Origin: a virus
Virus record (IMG/VR): IMGVR_UViG_3300035232_000745
Strand: one strand, 5' to 3'
DNA: 64,000 nt
How positions within the stretch are numbered: position 1 is the stretch's first letter; the number at the start of each line of letters is the position of its first letter. Below the pieces are notes generated by a model that was not told the origin of the DNA, did no database searches, and worked only from the letters and a program-made list of their open reading frames with translations. The position numbers and the translations under genes are program-made. Shown here piece after piece: positions 29,583-37,733 of this stretch.

Positions 29583-30926
29583 ATGAGCGTACTTGAATTT
29601 ACAAAAGAAGACGGAACTAGAGATTATCCAATCTCTGCTGTGGCTAAAAACGAATGGTTAAGCTTTGCCATGTATACAGTCGAGTCACGTGCCATTCCAA
29701 ACATGATCGATGGTTTGAAGCCAGTGCAGAGATTTTATCTATACTCTTCTCTCCTCAATTCAAAGAAAGACTTTAAGAAAGTATCTGCTGTAGCTGGTAT
29801 CATTTCAGATTACGGTTACAATCACGGTGAAACATCAGCTGCTGGTGCTGGCCAACTTATGGCCGCAACATGGAATAACAACGTTTGTTTAGTTGAAGGT
29901 CGTGGATCATTTGGTACTCGTTTAGTACAAGAACCAGGTGCAGCTCGTTACGTATATACAAGAGTTCATTCGAACTTTGAAAAGTACGTTAAAGATACTG
30001 ATCTTTCTCCAGTACACGATGATCCAGAGCATCAGCCTCCAATGTTTTATCTACCAGTTATTCCTTTGGTATTAGCCAACGGAACTAAGGGTATTGCTAC
30101 TGGATTTGCTACAAACATACTTCCTCGTTCCGAAGAAGCGCTCTCTGATGCTGTTCGTGAATATTTAACGAGTGGTACTATATCGCAAAGACTCCAGGTT
30201 AAGTTCCCAGAGTTTAATGGTACAGTTACTTACGATAATGAAGAAGAACGTTATAGTGTTAAAGGTATATTTGAACGTACAAGTAAAACAGTTGTTACGA
30301 TTACTGAAGTACCTTATGGCTATGATCGTGAAGCATACGTAAAAGTATTAGATGCTCTTGAAGATAATAACGATATAGTATCATACGAAGATCTTTGCGA
30401 CAAACAAGGTTTTAGGTTTGAAGTTAAGTTAAAGCTTGCGTCAGCTAATGCATGGACTGATGAGCGTATTATGCGTAAGTTCAAACTTAGCAAACCGTTA
30501 AGTGAAAACCTTACTGTGATCGATCATAAAGGTAAGCTCCGTCAATATAAAGATGAGCGCGAACTGATTAAGGATTTCTGTGAATTCAGACTTACAGTTC
30601 TTGATAAGCGTATTGCTCTACGTAAAGTAGAAGCACACGAAGCTATTCGTTGGTTGAGAGTTAAGATGGAATTTATTCAATCTGTACTTGACGATAAGAT
30701 CGTATTCAAAAATCGTAAGAAGAAAGATGTAGCTAGTCAAATTCTTAGTGGTACATCAGCATTACAAGAAGATACTGATAGGTTACTTAGAATTAACATC
30801 ATGAGTTTGACAGACGAGATGGTTAAGGAACTTGCTAAAGATATTAAGTCTGCAGAAAAAGATGTACGTTATTGGGAGTCAACTACTCCTAAGAAACAAT
30901 TCATTCTAGATCTCGAAGGGATTTAA
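29583..30926 (+). CDS. gp52: DNA topoisomerase II medium subunit gp52
   Basis: RAIP..IDGLKPVQR, YNHGE, AARY catalytic Tyr, NG..GIATGF. Confidence 0.97.
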   Translation: MSVLEFTKEDGTRDYPISAVAKNEWLSFAMYTVESRAIPNMIDGLKPVQRFYLYSSLLNSKKDFKKVSAVAGIISDYGYNHGETSAAGAGQLMAATWNNNVCLVEGRGSFGTRLVQEPGAARYVYTRVHSNFEKYVKDTDLSPVHDDPEHQPPMFYLPVIPLVLANGTKGIATGFATNILPRSEEALSDAVREYLTSGTISQRLQVKFPEFNGTVTYDNEEERYSVKGIFERTSKTVVTITEVPYGYDREAYVKVLDALEDNNDIVSYEDLCDKQGFRFEVKLKLASANAWTDERIMRKFKLSKPLSENLTVIDHKGKLRQYKDERELIKDFCEFRLTVLDKRIALRKVEAHEAIRWLRVKMEFIQSVLDDKIVFKNRKKKDVASQILSGTSALQEDTDRLLRINIMSLTDEMVKELAKDIKSAEKDVRYWESTTPKKQFILDLEGI

Positions 30927-30978
30927 CGGTGTACATACATCTTGAATCAGTATAGATGTATGTTAAAGGAGATTACTA

Positions 30979-31398
30979 ATGTACTACTCAACTTATGGCA
31001 AACCTTCAAAAGTATCAAATCCATTAATGGATAAGATGGTTATATTTGCTTCAGATTTCTTAGAGATTGACGAGACAATTGAAATTGATTTTGAAGATCA
31101 CGAAGATGGAACTTGTGGCTTTTGTGATTACGACTCTGAAGAAGGTATTACGATTGGTATTAATCCAAAGTTAAGTAGAACAGAAATCTGCAAAACTTTA
31201 TTCCACGAAATGGTACACGCAAAGCAGTATATCAGAGGTGAACTTATTTCTGGAGTAGGAAAAGCTCCATCACGTTGGTTAGGTAAAGAAGTCACTGGTA
31301 ATTATATGGATTTACCATGGGAACGTGAAGCGTATGATACTGAAGCAGCAATGTGGGCAATATTCTCAACTGAAATTTTAAAGAAGCCTCTAAAATGA
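30979..31398 (+). CDS. HExxH metallopeptidase-like protein
   Basis: TLFHEMVHAKQY...PWEREA. Confidence 0.7.
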   Translation: MYYSTYGKPSKVSNPLMDKMVIFASDFLEIDETIEIDFEDHEDGTCGFCDYDSEEGITIGINPKLSRTEICKTLFHEMVHAKQYIRGELISGVGKAPSRWLGKEVTGNYMDLPWEREAYDTEAAMWAIFSTEILKKPLK

Positions 31399-31784
31399 TT
31401 ATCGATGTGCATATAGACGAAGACGATCAGTTGAATGCTTTAGCTGAAAAGTTTATTAAATTTATATGTAAAGAATATGGTATACTTCCTAGAAAGATAT
31501 CGGTTGAAGCACACGATATAGTTGGCAACAACGGCATGTGTTTCGATGAACCAGATGGACAATATACTATTCTTATAAAAGATAACAGAGATTTGGGTCA
31601 CATATTCACAACGTTAGCTCATGAAATGATACACGTCAAACAATATATGACTCAAAATTTAGGTACTCTATTGGACGATAATAGAGAACTACCTTATATG
31701 GAAAGATGGTGGGAAGAAGAAGCATTTAGTGATGCTATACCGCTTGTTGAAAAGTTTGCAAAACAAATAAACATTAATTACTAA
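31395..31784 (+). CDS. HExxH metallopeptidase-like protein (paralogue)
   Basis: TLAHEMIHVKQY...WWEEEA. Confidence 0.7.
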   Translation: MIIDVHIDEDDQLNALAEKFIKFICKEYGILPRKISVEAHDIVGNNGMCFDEPDGQYTILIKDNRDLGHIFTTLAHEMIHVKQYMTQNLGTLLDDNRELPYMERWWEEEAFSDAIPLVEKFAKQININY

Positions 31785-31852
31785 TTAACCGTTTACTTGC
31801 CTAAAGAATCACTGTAGGTTATTCTTACAAACAAAAAAAGAAAGAAATAAAA

Positions 31853-32059
31853 ATGTCGTTCAAAGTATATCAAGTTTACGGTTCAGAAGATGGAACAACT
31901 GGAATTTTTTCATCTAAAAAAAGAGCAATGGCTTCTGCTATCGATTATGTTAAAAACGCAGGTGATGAAACTCCAGAAGTAGATGACTCTATGGATTGGA
32001 TTACATTCATAACAGGTAATTCTGTTGAAGCTAAAGTTGAAACATGGATTGTAGAATAA
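31853..32059 (+). CDS. hypothetical early protein
   Basis: Downstream of a GTTTAC promoter at 31791. Confidence 0.6.
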   Translation: MSFKVYQVYGSEDGTTGIFSSKKRAMASAIDYVKNAGDETPEVDDSMDWITFITGNSVEAKVETWIVE

Positions 32060-32286
32060 TGAGCGATACTATTAGTTTTTTCGAAACTCTACAAGATCAA
32101 AAAGATATTTGTAAATTTGGTCGTAGAATGGTGCACTTCTCTGAAAGTGGCATAAATATGAACGTACCTATCGAGATATTAAATGCTATGACTCGTGTTG
32201 GTGATTTAATGGCTGAAACCGGATCATTGTCTAAATTAAGTAAGACAGATAAAATGGTCGTAAAATACGCTAAGAAAGTTATGTAA
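32059..32286 (+). CDS. hypothetical protein
   Basis: TAATG coupling. Confidence 0.55.
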   Translation: MSDTISFFETLQDQKDICKFGRRMVHFSESGINMNVPIEILNAMTRVGDLMAETGSLSKLSKTDKMVVKYAKKVM

Positions 32287-32759
32287 TGAAAAATTCAATT
32301 AAAAATATTCTTATATCGACCGCACTGGTCGTATCTTCAACTCATGCTATGGCAGGAACACCTGAAAAAGTAAAGGTGTTCGATCATACTAAGACCATAG
32401 TTACGCAAGTACCTATCAACCAACAGACTTGTTCTGAGGTAAAGGTTCCGATTTATTCATCTGTCACTACGCAAGGTGACGCAGGTGGTGGAGCATTGTT
32501 AGGCATGATTCTCGGCGGTATCCTTGGGAAAGGTGTTACCGGCGATGACGGTGGAGCTGCGGCCGGTGCGGTTATCGGAGGAATTGTTGGTGCTAATGAA
32601 GCTCAGACTTCTACAAATCAACAAGTCGTTGGATACGAATACGAAACACGTTGTAGCATGCAAACTGGATATCGCGAAGAAACGATTGAAGCATATTCTC
32701 ATTCTACAATCAGATTCCACTTAGACGGTAAACGTTACGTTTTAAAGTTTAAGAAATAA
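32286..32759 (+). CDS. glycine-zipper 2TM secreted/outer-membrane protein (YcfJ-like)
   Basis: Signal peptide; GALLGMILGGILGKG...GAVIGGIVG. Confidence 0.75.
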   Translation: MKNSIKNILISTALVVSSTHAMAGTPEKVKVFDHTKTIVTQVPINQQTCSEVKVPIYSSVTTQGDAGGGALLGMILGGILGKGVTGDDGGAAAGAVIGGIVGANEAQTSTNQQVVGYEYETRCSMQTGYREETIEAYSHSTIRFHLDGKRYVLKFKK

Positions 32760-32857
32760 TGGATATACTAATCGCGAACCTAATATTCTGGCCGTTATGG
32801 ATTGGATTTGGTTCTATCCCCTACATCATGATGCAGAAGGCAATTAACGAAATATGA
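32759..32857 (+). CDS. 32-aa membrane microprotein
   Basis: MDILIANLIFWPLWIGFGSIPYIMMQKAINEI; TAATG and ATGA coupling on both sides. Confidence 0.5.
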   Translation: MDILIANLIFWPLWIGFGSIPYIMMQKAINEI

Positions 32858-33039
32858 AATACACATTATTGCGTGATGGTTTAACAGTACGTCAAATCGT
32901 AATGGTTGGACCAACTACCGACAATAACAGATCTTCTAAAATAGTAGATCTTGAATTCGAAACATATGAAGCTGCACTAGAAGTCGCAACAGTTTTAAAG
33001 GCTGAAGTTGTCGATAATAGTATTAAGAAAGCAGCATAA
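32854..33039 (+). CDS. hypothetical protein
   Basis: ORF packing. Confidence 0.55.
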   Translation: MKYTLLRDGLTVRQIVMVGPTTDNNRSSKIVDLEFETYEAALEVATVLKAEVVDNSIKKAA

Positions 33040-33046
33040 AGTTAAC

Positions 33047-33124
33047 GGTCTCTTAGCTCAGCTGGATTAGAGCAAGTGCCTTCTAAGCACTAGGTCGTAG
33101 GTTCGAGTCCTACAGAGATCACCA
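33047..33124 (+). tRNA. tRNA-Arg(TCT)
   Basis: Cloverleaf, anticodon loop CT-TCT-AA, GTTCGAG T-loop, CCA end. Confidence 0.95.
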
Positions 33125-33126
33125 TT

Positions 33127-33211
33127 GCTCGCATGTTGGAATTGGTAGACAATGAAGACTTAAAATCTTTTGCCTTAGGGCGTACCGGTTCGAGTCCGGT
33201 TGCGAGTACCA
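33127..33211 (+). tRNA. tRNA-Leu(TAA)
   Basis: Anticodon loop CT-TAA-AA, long variable arm, CCA end. Confidence 0.95.
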
Positions 33212-33217
33212 AACATC

Positions 33218-33294
33218 ATTCCTCTAGCTCAATTGGTTAGAGCTGAGCGCTCATAACGCTTAGGTTGGGGGTTCGAGTCCCTCGGGGAATACCA
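33218..33294 (+). tRNA. tRNA with CAT anticodon (Met or Ile2)
   Basis: Anticodon loop CT-CAT-AA, T-loop, CCA end. Confidence 0.9.
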
Positions 33295-33310
33295 AATAAA
33301 AGGAAACAAA

Positions 33311-33454
33311 ATGCAGACTCTTTATAACAAAGATGATAAAACTCTCGCCGAACTAACAAAAATATTCACTGATAACGATATAGAATATTTTATTAAAAAG
33401 AAACACGGTTGTATTGTTAAAGTGCATTTTATAGTTAAAGATGACGAAGAATGA
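33311..33454 (+). CDS. 47-aa hypothetical protein
   Basis: RBS AAGGA; ATGA overlap with galE. Confidence 0.5.
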   Translation: MQTLYNKDDKTLAELTKIFTDNDIEYFIKKKHGCIVKVHFIVKDDEE

Positions 33455-34314
33455 AAGTCCTAGTAACAGGCTGTACAGGATATGTTGGAAGTCATTTATG
33501 TAAAAAATTAAAAGAGCATGGGCACGAGGTTCATGGCTTTGATGTTAACTTTCATGGAGAACACAACGACGTAAGTTTTATCGATAAATTCTGGATACAA
33601 GATTTAAATGATAGGTATCTACACGGTTGGGGAGATGCTGTTGTACATCTCGCAGGAAGAAGCGTAGTGCCACAAAGTCTTAAAGAACCTAGTAATTATT
33701 ATCGCGTTAATACTATGGGAACTAAAAACGCTGTTGAAAAACTTCGTACAGACAACTTTATTTTTGCTAGTACAAGTTCAGCGTTTGAGATGAGATCTCC
33801 TTATGCGCGAAGTAAAGTAGGCGCAGAGGATATCATTAAGGAGAAGGCAAATGGGTACACTATTTTTCGTTTTTTTAACGTCTCTGGTACTGATGGGATA
33901 CATCGCCAGCTCGGTACTCCCTCTCATCTTATTCGCGTGGCTGCTATGGCTGCTGCTGGGAATATTCCCGATATTAAAGTCTTTGGCAATGATTATGATA
34001 CTAGGGACGGTACTTGTATACGGGATTATATACATGTGTGTGATATTAGTGATGCTATAGTAAGGGCAATTGAAAAAGGTCCTGCAAATACAGATTACGA
34101 ATGCTTAGGAAGTAATACTGGTTATAGCGTTTTTGATGTTATTAAAACAATGGAAAATGTGTCTAACACCACCATTACAAAAACATTAGCACCTCGTAGA
34201 GAAGGTGACGCGCATTCTTGTATAGTTGAAAACTTATCAGAATTTTGCGATTTAAAATATACTTTAGAAGATATGTGCTACGATCAATATAAACTTGAAA
34301 TTAAACGCATTTAA
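33451..34314 (+). CDS. galE: UDP-glucose 4-epimerase-like NAD-dependent epimerase
   Basis: TGCTGYVG, HLAG, YxxxK (YARSK), RFFNV.G, DGTCIRDYIHV. Confidence 0.9.
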   Translation: MKVLVTGCTGYVGSHLCKKLKEHGHEVHGFDVNFHGEHNDVSFIDKFWIQDLNDRYLHGWGDAVVHLAGRSVVPQSLKEPSNYYRVNTMGTKNAVEKLRTDNFIFASTSSAFEMRSPYARSKVGAEDIIKEKANGYTIFRFFNVSGTDGIHRQLGTPSHLIRVAAMAAAGNIPDIKVFGNDYDTRDGTCIRDYIHVCDISDAIVRAIEKGPANTDYECLGSNTGYSVFDVIKTMENVSNTTITKTLAPRREGDAHSCIVENLSEFCDLKYTLEDMCYDQYKLEIKRI

Positions 34315-34349
34315 CTGTTTACATACCTATAGAATCAGTGTAGGTTGTA

Positions 34350-34526
34350 TGTAGGTGAAACAAGACACTGCCTGACAATAACGTCGAAGAGGTCTAAGAA
34401 AGCCTAAGCGTGTTGGATCCGCATTGTTTAGGTGGGTATGAATATCTGGTACCGAAGGAAACCCAGGCGTTGCTACGAGCGAGACAAGTAGATAAGGGGA
34501 GGGACACTCGAGAAAGTCCCTCCCAC
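34350..34526 (+). ncRNA. candidate structured non-coding RNA
   Basis: Follows a GTTTAC promoter (34317); GC-richer; no credible ORF; hairpins CCTAAGCG..TGTTTAGG and GGGAGGGAC..GTCCCTCCC. Confidence 0.4.
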
Positions 34527-34537
34527 GAAAATAAAAG

Positions 34538-34653
34538 TCTTTTTAATTATGGCCGGATGACAGGAATTCATAGGTTACGTTATTGCAGTAACAGGCCTAA
34601 CCGCTGCAACGGTTTCCGAGGTTCAATTCCTCGGTCGGTTATAATTAAAAAGA
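34538..34653 (+). ncRNA. atypical tRNA-Cys-like RNA with extended terminal stem, no CCA
   Basis: GGCCGG start, T-arm CCGAGG-TTCAATT-CCTCGG, two GCA-loop hairpins, 13-bp perfect flanking inverted repeat. Confidence 0.5.
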
Positions 34654-34658
34654 TTTAT

Positions 34659-34732
34659 TAGGGTGTAGTATAATGGCAGTACAACGGATTCCAAACCCGT
34701 TGGCGTGGGTTCGATTCCTACCACCCTTGCCA
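34659..34732 (+). tRNA. tRNA-Trp(CCA)
   Basis: Anticodon loop TT-CCA-AA, GTTCGAT T-loop, GCCA end. Confidence 0.88.
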
Positions 34733-34745
34733 AACGGGAATCGTA

Positions 34746-35423
34746 ATGTCTGAATTAACTAAATCATTATATTATGATACACCGATAGAAGAGTGGAAGC
34801 AAATATTAAACGATAATATGGACTACCACTATTGTAATCCGATGTTTAACAGCGACGTTTTTTCTAATGTAAAAACTGTCCTTGACATCGGCTGTGGATG
34901 GGGAGGGTTGGCGCGCGAGTTACGAAATAAATTTAATTTAGATGTAACTTGTTTGAGCAACTCTCCCCAACAGATAGATTATATTGGATCTGACTTTAAA
35001 ACAATTCTTGCAGATGCTGATACTTTTAAAACAGATATACATTACGATCTTATTTTATATGTGGAATCTATCGGACATATAAAAGACATAACTCTTCAAA
35101 ACATTTCAAATAATACTGATAAGATTATGATACACGATTTTGTTTCAAATCGAGAACGAAACTATCCGCATTTCGCAATTAAAATACGAACACGAGATCA
35201 GTATAAAAAGTTATTGAATGATGCTGGTTTTGAAATGACGAGATTTCATGAACATCCATACGAGCAATGGATTAAAGAATCAGAATTTTGGCTAAACAAT
35301 ATTACACCAAATATGAGTTATCAAATGAGAGTTCTTAAACAATTTACTGCTAATATAGTAAACGGTACTTACAGGAAACATAACGTAAATTGTTGCTCTA
35401 TTATAGCAAATAAAATGAAATAA
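34746..35423 (+). CDS. class I SAM-dependent methyltransferase (CFA synthase/sterol MTase-like)
   Basis: VLDIGCGWGG, SNSPQQ, ESIGH. Confidence 0.75.
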   Translation: MSELTKSLYYDTPIEEWKQILNDNMDYHYCNPMFNSDVFSNVKTVLDIGCGWGGLARELRNKFNLDVTCLSNSPQQIDYIGSDFKTILADADTFKTDIHYDLILYVESIGHIKDITLQNISNNTDKIMIHDFVSNRERNYPHFAIKIRTRDQYKKLLNDAGFEMTRFHEHPYEQWIKESEFWLNNITPNMSYQMRVLKQFTANIVNGTYRKHNVNCCSIIANKMK

Positions 35424-35427
35424 AATG

Positions 35428-35491
35428 AAATTAACTGTTTACATGACTATCATGATTCTGTATAAAGGTTATAGAAACAAACACAGAGAGA
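35428..35491 (+). repeat. early promoter + leader cassette, copy 1
   Basis: AAATTAACTGTTTACAT plus an identical 40-nt ATGATTCTGTATAAAGGTTATAGAAACAAACACAGAGAGA shared with 48036-48099. Confidence 0.85.
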
Positions 35492-35498
35492 TAAAACG

Positions 35499-35753
35499 AT
35501 GAAACTAGTTAAAGTACAACGCGAAATTCTTACAAACGCAGCAGATTCTTTTGCAAAGCACGGTGTTGAAAAGCCAATTCACGTAATGTCAGTTAACTCA
35601 AAAAATGATATCGATAACTTTCCTAAATCTTATGCTACATATTGCAAAAAGATGGAACTACTAATCGAAGCTGGTTTGATTTCTCGTGAAATTAATAATG
35701 ACGGTTACGCTTATATGACTCAAAAAGGTTATGAGTTTACAGCTACTATCTAA
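35499..35753 (+). CDS. hypothetical early protein
   Basis: Follows the promoter cassette. Confidence 0.6.
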   Translation: MKLVKVQREILTNAADSFAKHGVEKPIHVMSVNSKNDIDNFPKSYATYCKKMELLIEAGLISREINNDGYAYMTQKGYEFTATI

Positions 35754-36034
35754 ACCGCGAAACTTTCTCCGCAACCGCACGAAGCTGTTGCATTTGGATT
35801 GACTACTTTGAGGTAACTTCCTCCCAGTTCCTCGACGTAGTCAATCGTACATCCAAAAATAAACATTTCTGCCATAGGATCAAGCCACAGATTTGCCACG
35901 TGTGGTTCTTTTTCTGTTGTTCCCCACTCATATTGAAATCCAGAACAACCACCGCCTTTTACATTAAGCGATACGTTCGGCTTGCCAGCTTTTTTTAAGT
36001 AAGCTTTTGCGTTATCTGTGACTTGAATTTTCAT
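35750..36034 (-). CDS. iscA: Fe-S cluster assembly A-type carrier (IscA/HesB)
   Basis: GGGCSGFQY, IDY, NPNA..SCGCGESF. Confidence 0.92.
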   Translation of the reverse strand: MKIQVTDNAKAYLKKAGKPNVSLNVKGGGCSGFQYEWGTTEKEPHVANLWLDPMAEMFIFGCTIDYVEELGGSYLKVVNPNATASCGCGESFAV

Positions 36035-36193
36035 TTACTCAGACTTCCAAATAGTCCAAGCACCCCAAGCGATAGCAACTCCTGCCGCAATCTTAGCTAA
36101 TGGTGCCATGAATAAAACCATGAGGCCAAGAGCAACTAATGCTCCGCCATCCCACGTTGTTCTTTCTTTAAGTCTGTTTTTAATCCAGTTCAT
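36035..36193 (-). CDS. 52-aa membrane protein (holin-like)
   Basis: MNWIKNRLKERTTWDGGALVALGLMVLF...; coupled to neighbours. Confidence 0.55.
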   Translation of the reverse strand: MNWIKNRLKERTTWDGGALVALGLMVLFMAPLAKIAAGVAIAWGAWTIWKSE

Positions 36194-36501
36194 TTTTCTT
36201 TCCCTCCCAGGATCTTTACGCCGGCTTTTGCTTCGACGGCATTCAATCGACGTTCTAAATCGTCGATCTTTTTGGTTATTTTGGGATATTTTTTACGCCA
36301 AGCATCTTCAGGCTGTTCTAGCCAAGTAAGACCCCAACGTTCAACCAAATAATCAACAGCGTTGTCGATCTTTGCATATCCCCATAAACCAATACGGGTG
36401 GTACTTAGATAAGCTAAACAAATAGCACCTAAAATACTACCACCAATACTAGTATAAATCCAAAGACGATTAGTCGCCATATCAGTAATTATTTCAATCA
36501 T
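36190..36501 (-). CDS. hypothetical membrane protein
   Basis: One TM segment; operon packing. Confidence 0.6.
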   Translation of the reverse strand: MIEIITDMATNRLWIYTSIGGSILGAICLAYLSTTRIGLWGYAKIDNAVDYLVERWGLTWLEQPEDAWRKKYPKITKKIDDLERRLNAVEAKAGVKILGGKEK

Positions 36502-37228
36502 GTTCGTTCTCCCTAGTGTATTTGCAATAGTGAGTCATACTATGATCATAAGCACCGTCGAAAGGCATTCCTTTTTTCAAGGCTCTCCAGCGACCGCGCC
36601 ACTTATCTTTAATACGCTGCCATCTTGTGCACTTTCTAATGTTTCCGTAGTAATTGATATATCTCGGAGAACTGTGGTGTCTGTATCCCAACAGAGCGAA
36701 AGGTACGCAAGTGACCATGTCATTATTATTAACATGCCTATAATGGGCAGTTTTAATTGAGTTAACAAATTTCTTAGTCCCTGTTCTTGGTGATCCGTAA
36801 GTGTAAAGTGCATCAACCTTATCTTGCATTCTACTCGTTGCAATAGTAGCCATTGCTGCACCTAATGAATGTCCACATACGAAAAACGATTTACCGTCTA
36901 ATTTCATTTTATTGAGAGCAACATTAAGTTGTTCCCATATTTTATTTACTTCTTCCTGAAATCCGTTATGCACAAGTCCTGACCCATTATGGGCTCTGTC
37001 TGGCAATGCGTTTAGATCAGCTTTAATATCAGATAATTCTTTAGGTTCTGTTCCCCTAAAACATAATACAACTTCTTCTTTATTTGAAACGATATGCATT
37101 TGTGCACCATCGTGTTCAATAAATTTGTGCGATGTGTAACCAAGCTTCTTATAATGCGGTTTAGCTTCTTTCGCATCCATGTAAGCTATTTGTGCACACT
37201 GTGCCATTATACTACATTTATTTATCAT
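36494..37228 (-). CDS. lipase class 3
   Basis: FRGT, VHNGF, GHSLG nucleophile elbow, YGSPR.G, D.V..VP, DHSM..Y. Confidence 0.9.
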   Translation of the reverse strand: MINKCSIMAQCAQIAYMDAKEAKPHYKKLGYTSHKFIEHDGAQMHIVSNKEEVVLCFRGTEPKELSDIKADLNALPDRAHNGSGLVHNGFQEEVNKIWEQLNVALNKMKLDGKSFFVCGHSLGAAMATIATSRMQDKVDALYTYGSPRTGTKKFVNSIKTAHYRHVNNNDMVTCVPFALLGYRHHSSPRYINYYGNIRKCTRWQRIKDKWRGRWRALKKGMPFDGAYDHSMTHYCKYTRENEHD

Positions 37229-37421
37229 TTTTCCTATCCTTTAAAATATCTTTCATTACATTAGAAGCAGTATTCGTAAATAATCTTGGAGCTAAGCCAT
37301 GTATTAATAATACAGGAACTAATAATTGTAATCTTGCAGCGGTTTTAAAAGCATAACACATATGCTCTAAACCTGTCTCTCCAGCTTTTTCTAAGTGTAA
37401 TTTGCACTCTTTACTTAACAT
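37218..37421 (-). CDS. hypothetical protein (DUF6356-like)
   Basis: HL...GET...H...A...IH...P.LF..TAS. Confidence 0.55.
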   Translation of the reverse strand: MLSKECKLHLEKAGETGLEHMCYAFKTAARLQLLVPVLLIHGLAPRLFTNTASNVMKDILKDRKNDK

Positions 37422-37733
37422 TTATTTTCCTTTCATAGAATTCAGTTTTGCTTTTAACGCGTCAGCGCTTCCCGCCTTTTTGGCCTGTAGTTCGGATTTG
37501 GAGTTATCCCGTCGTAACTTACTACTGAGCAATACTTTACCTTCTTGCGAACTATTATCGGAATCGTAGGCAGTCTTAGCACTAACCTGTTTTCTAAGTT
37601 CTGTTGTTCTTTCTGAAAGCTCTCTAATTCTTGTTGCGAAATATCTTTCAACCATATTCTCCTTAAAACGTCGGTCGACTTCATTTTCAATGTATTCTTT
37701 ACATAACCAGTCAAATAAAAATCGTTTTATCAT
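37422..37733 (-). CDS. hypothetical protein
   Basis: ATGA coupling to the cyclase. Confidence 0.55.
   Translation of the reverse strand: MIKRFLFDWLCKEYIENEVDRRFKENMVERYFATRIRELSERTTELRKQVSAKTAYDSDNSSQEGKVLLSSKLRRDNSKSELQAKKAGSADALKAKLNSMKGK

Noticed and set aside
34410-34661. 83-aa ORF in the track
   Set aside because: It overlaps structured and tRNA-like RNA, has no RBS and has an atypical composition
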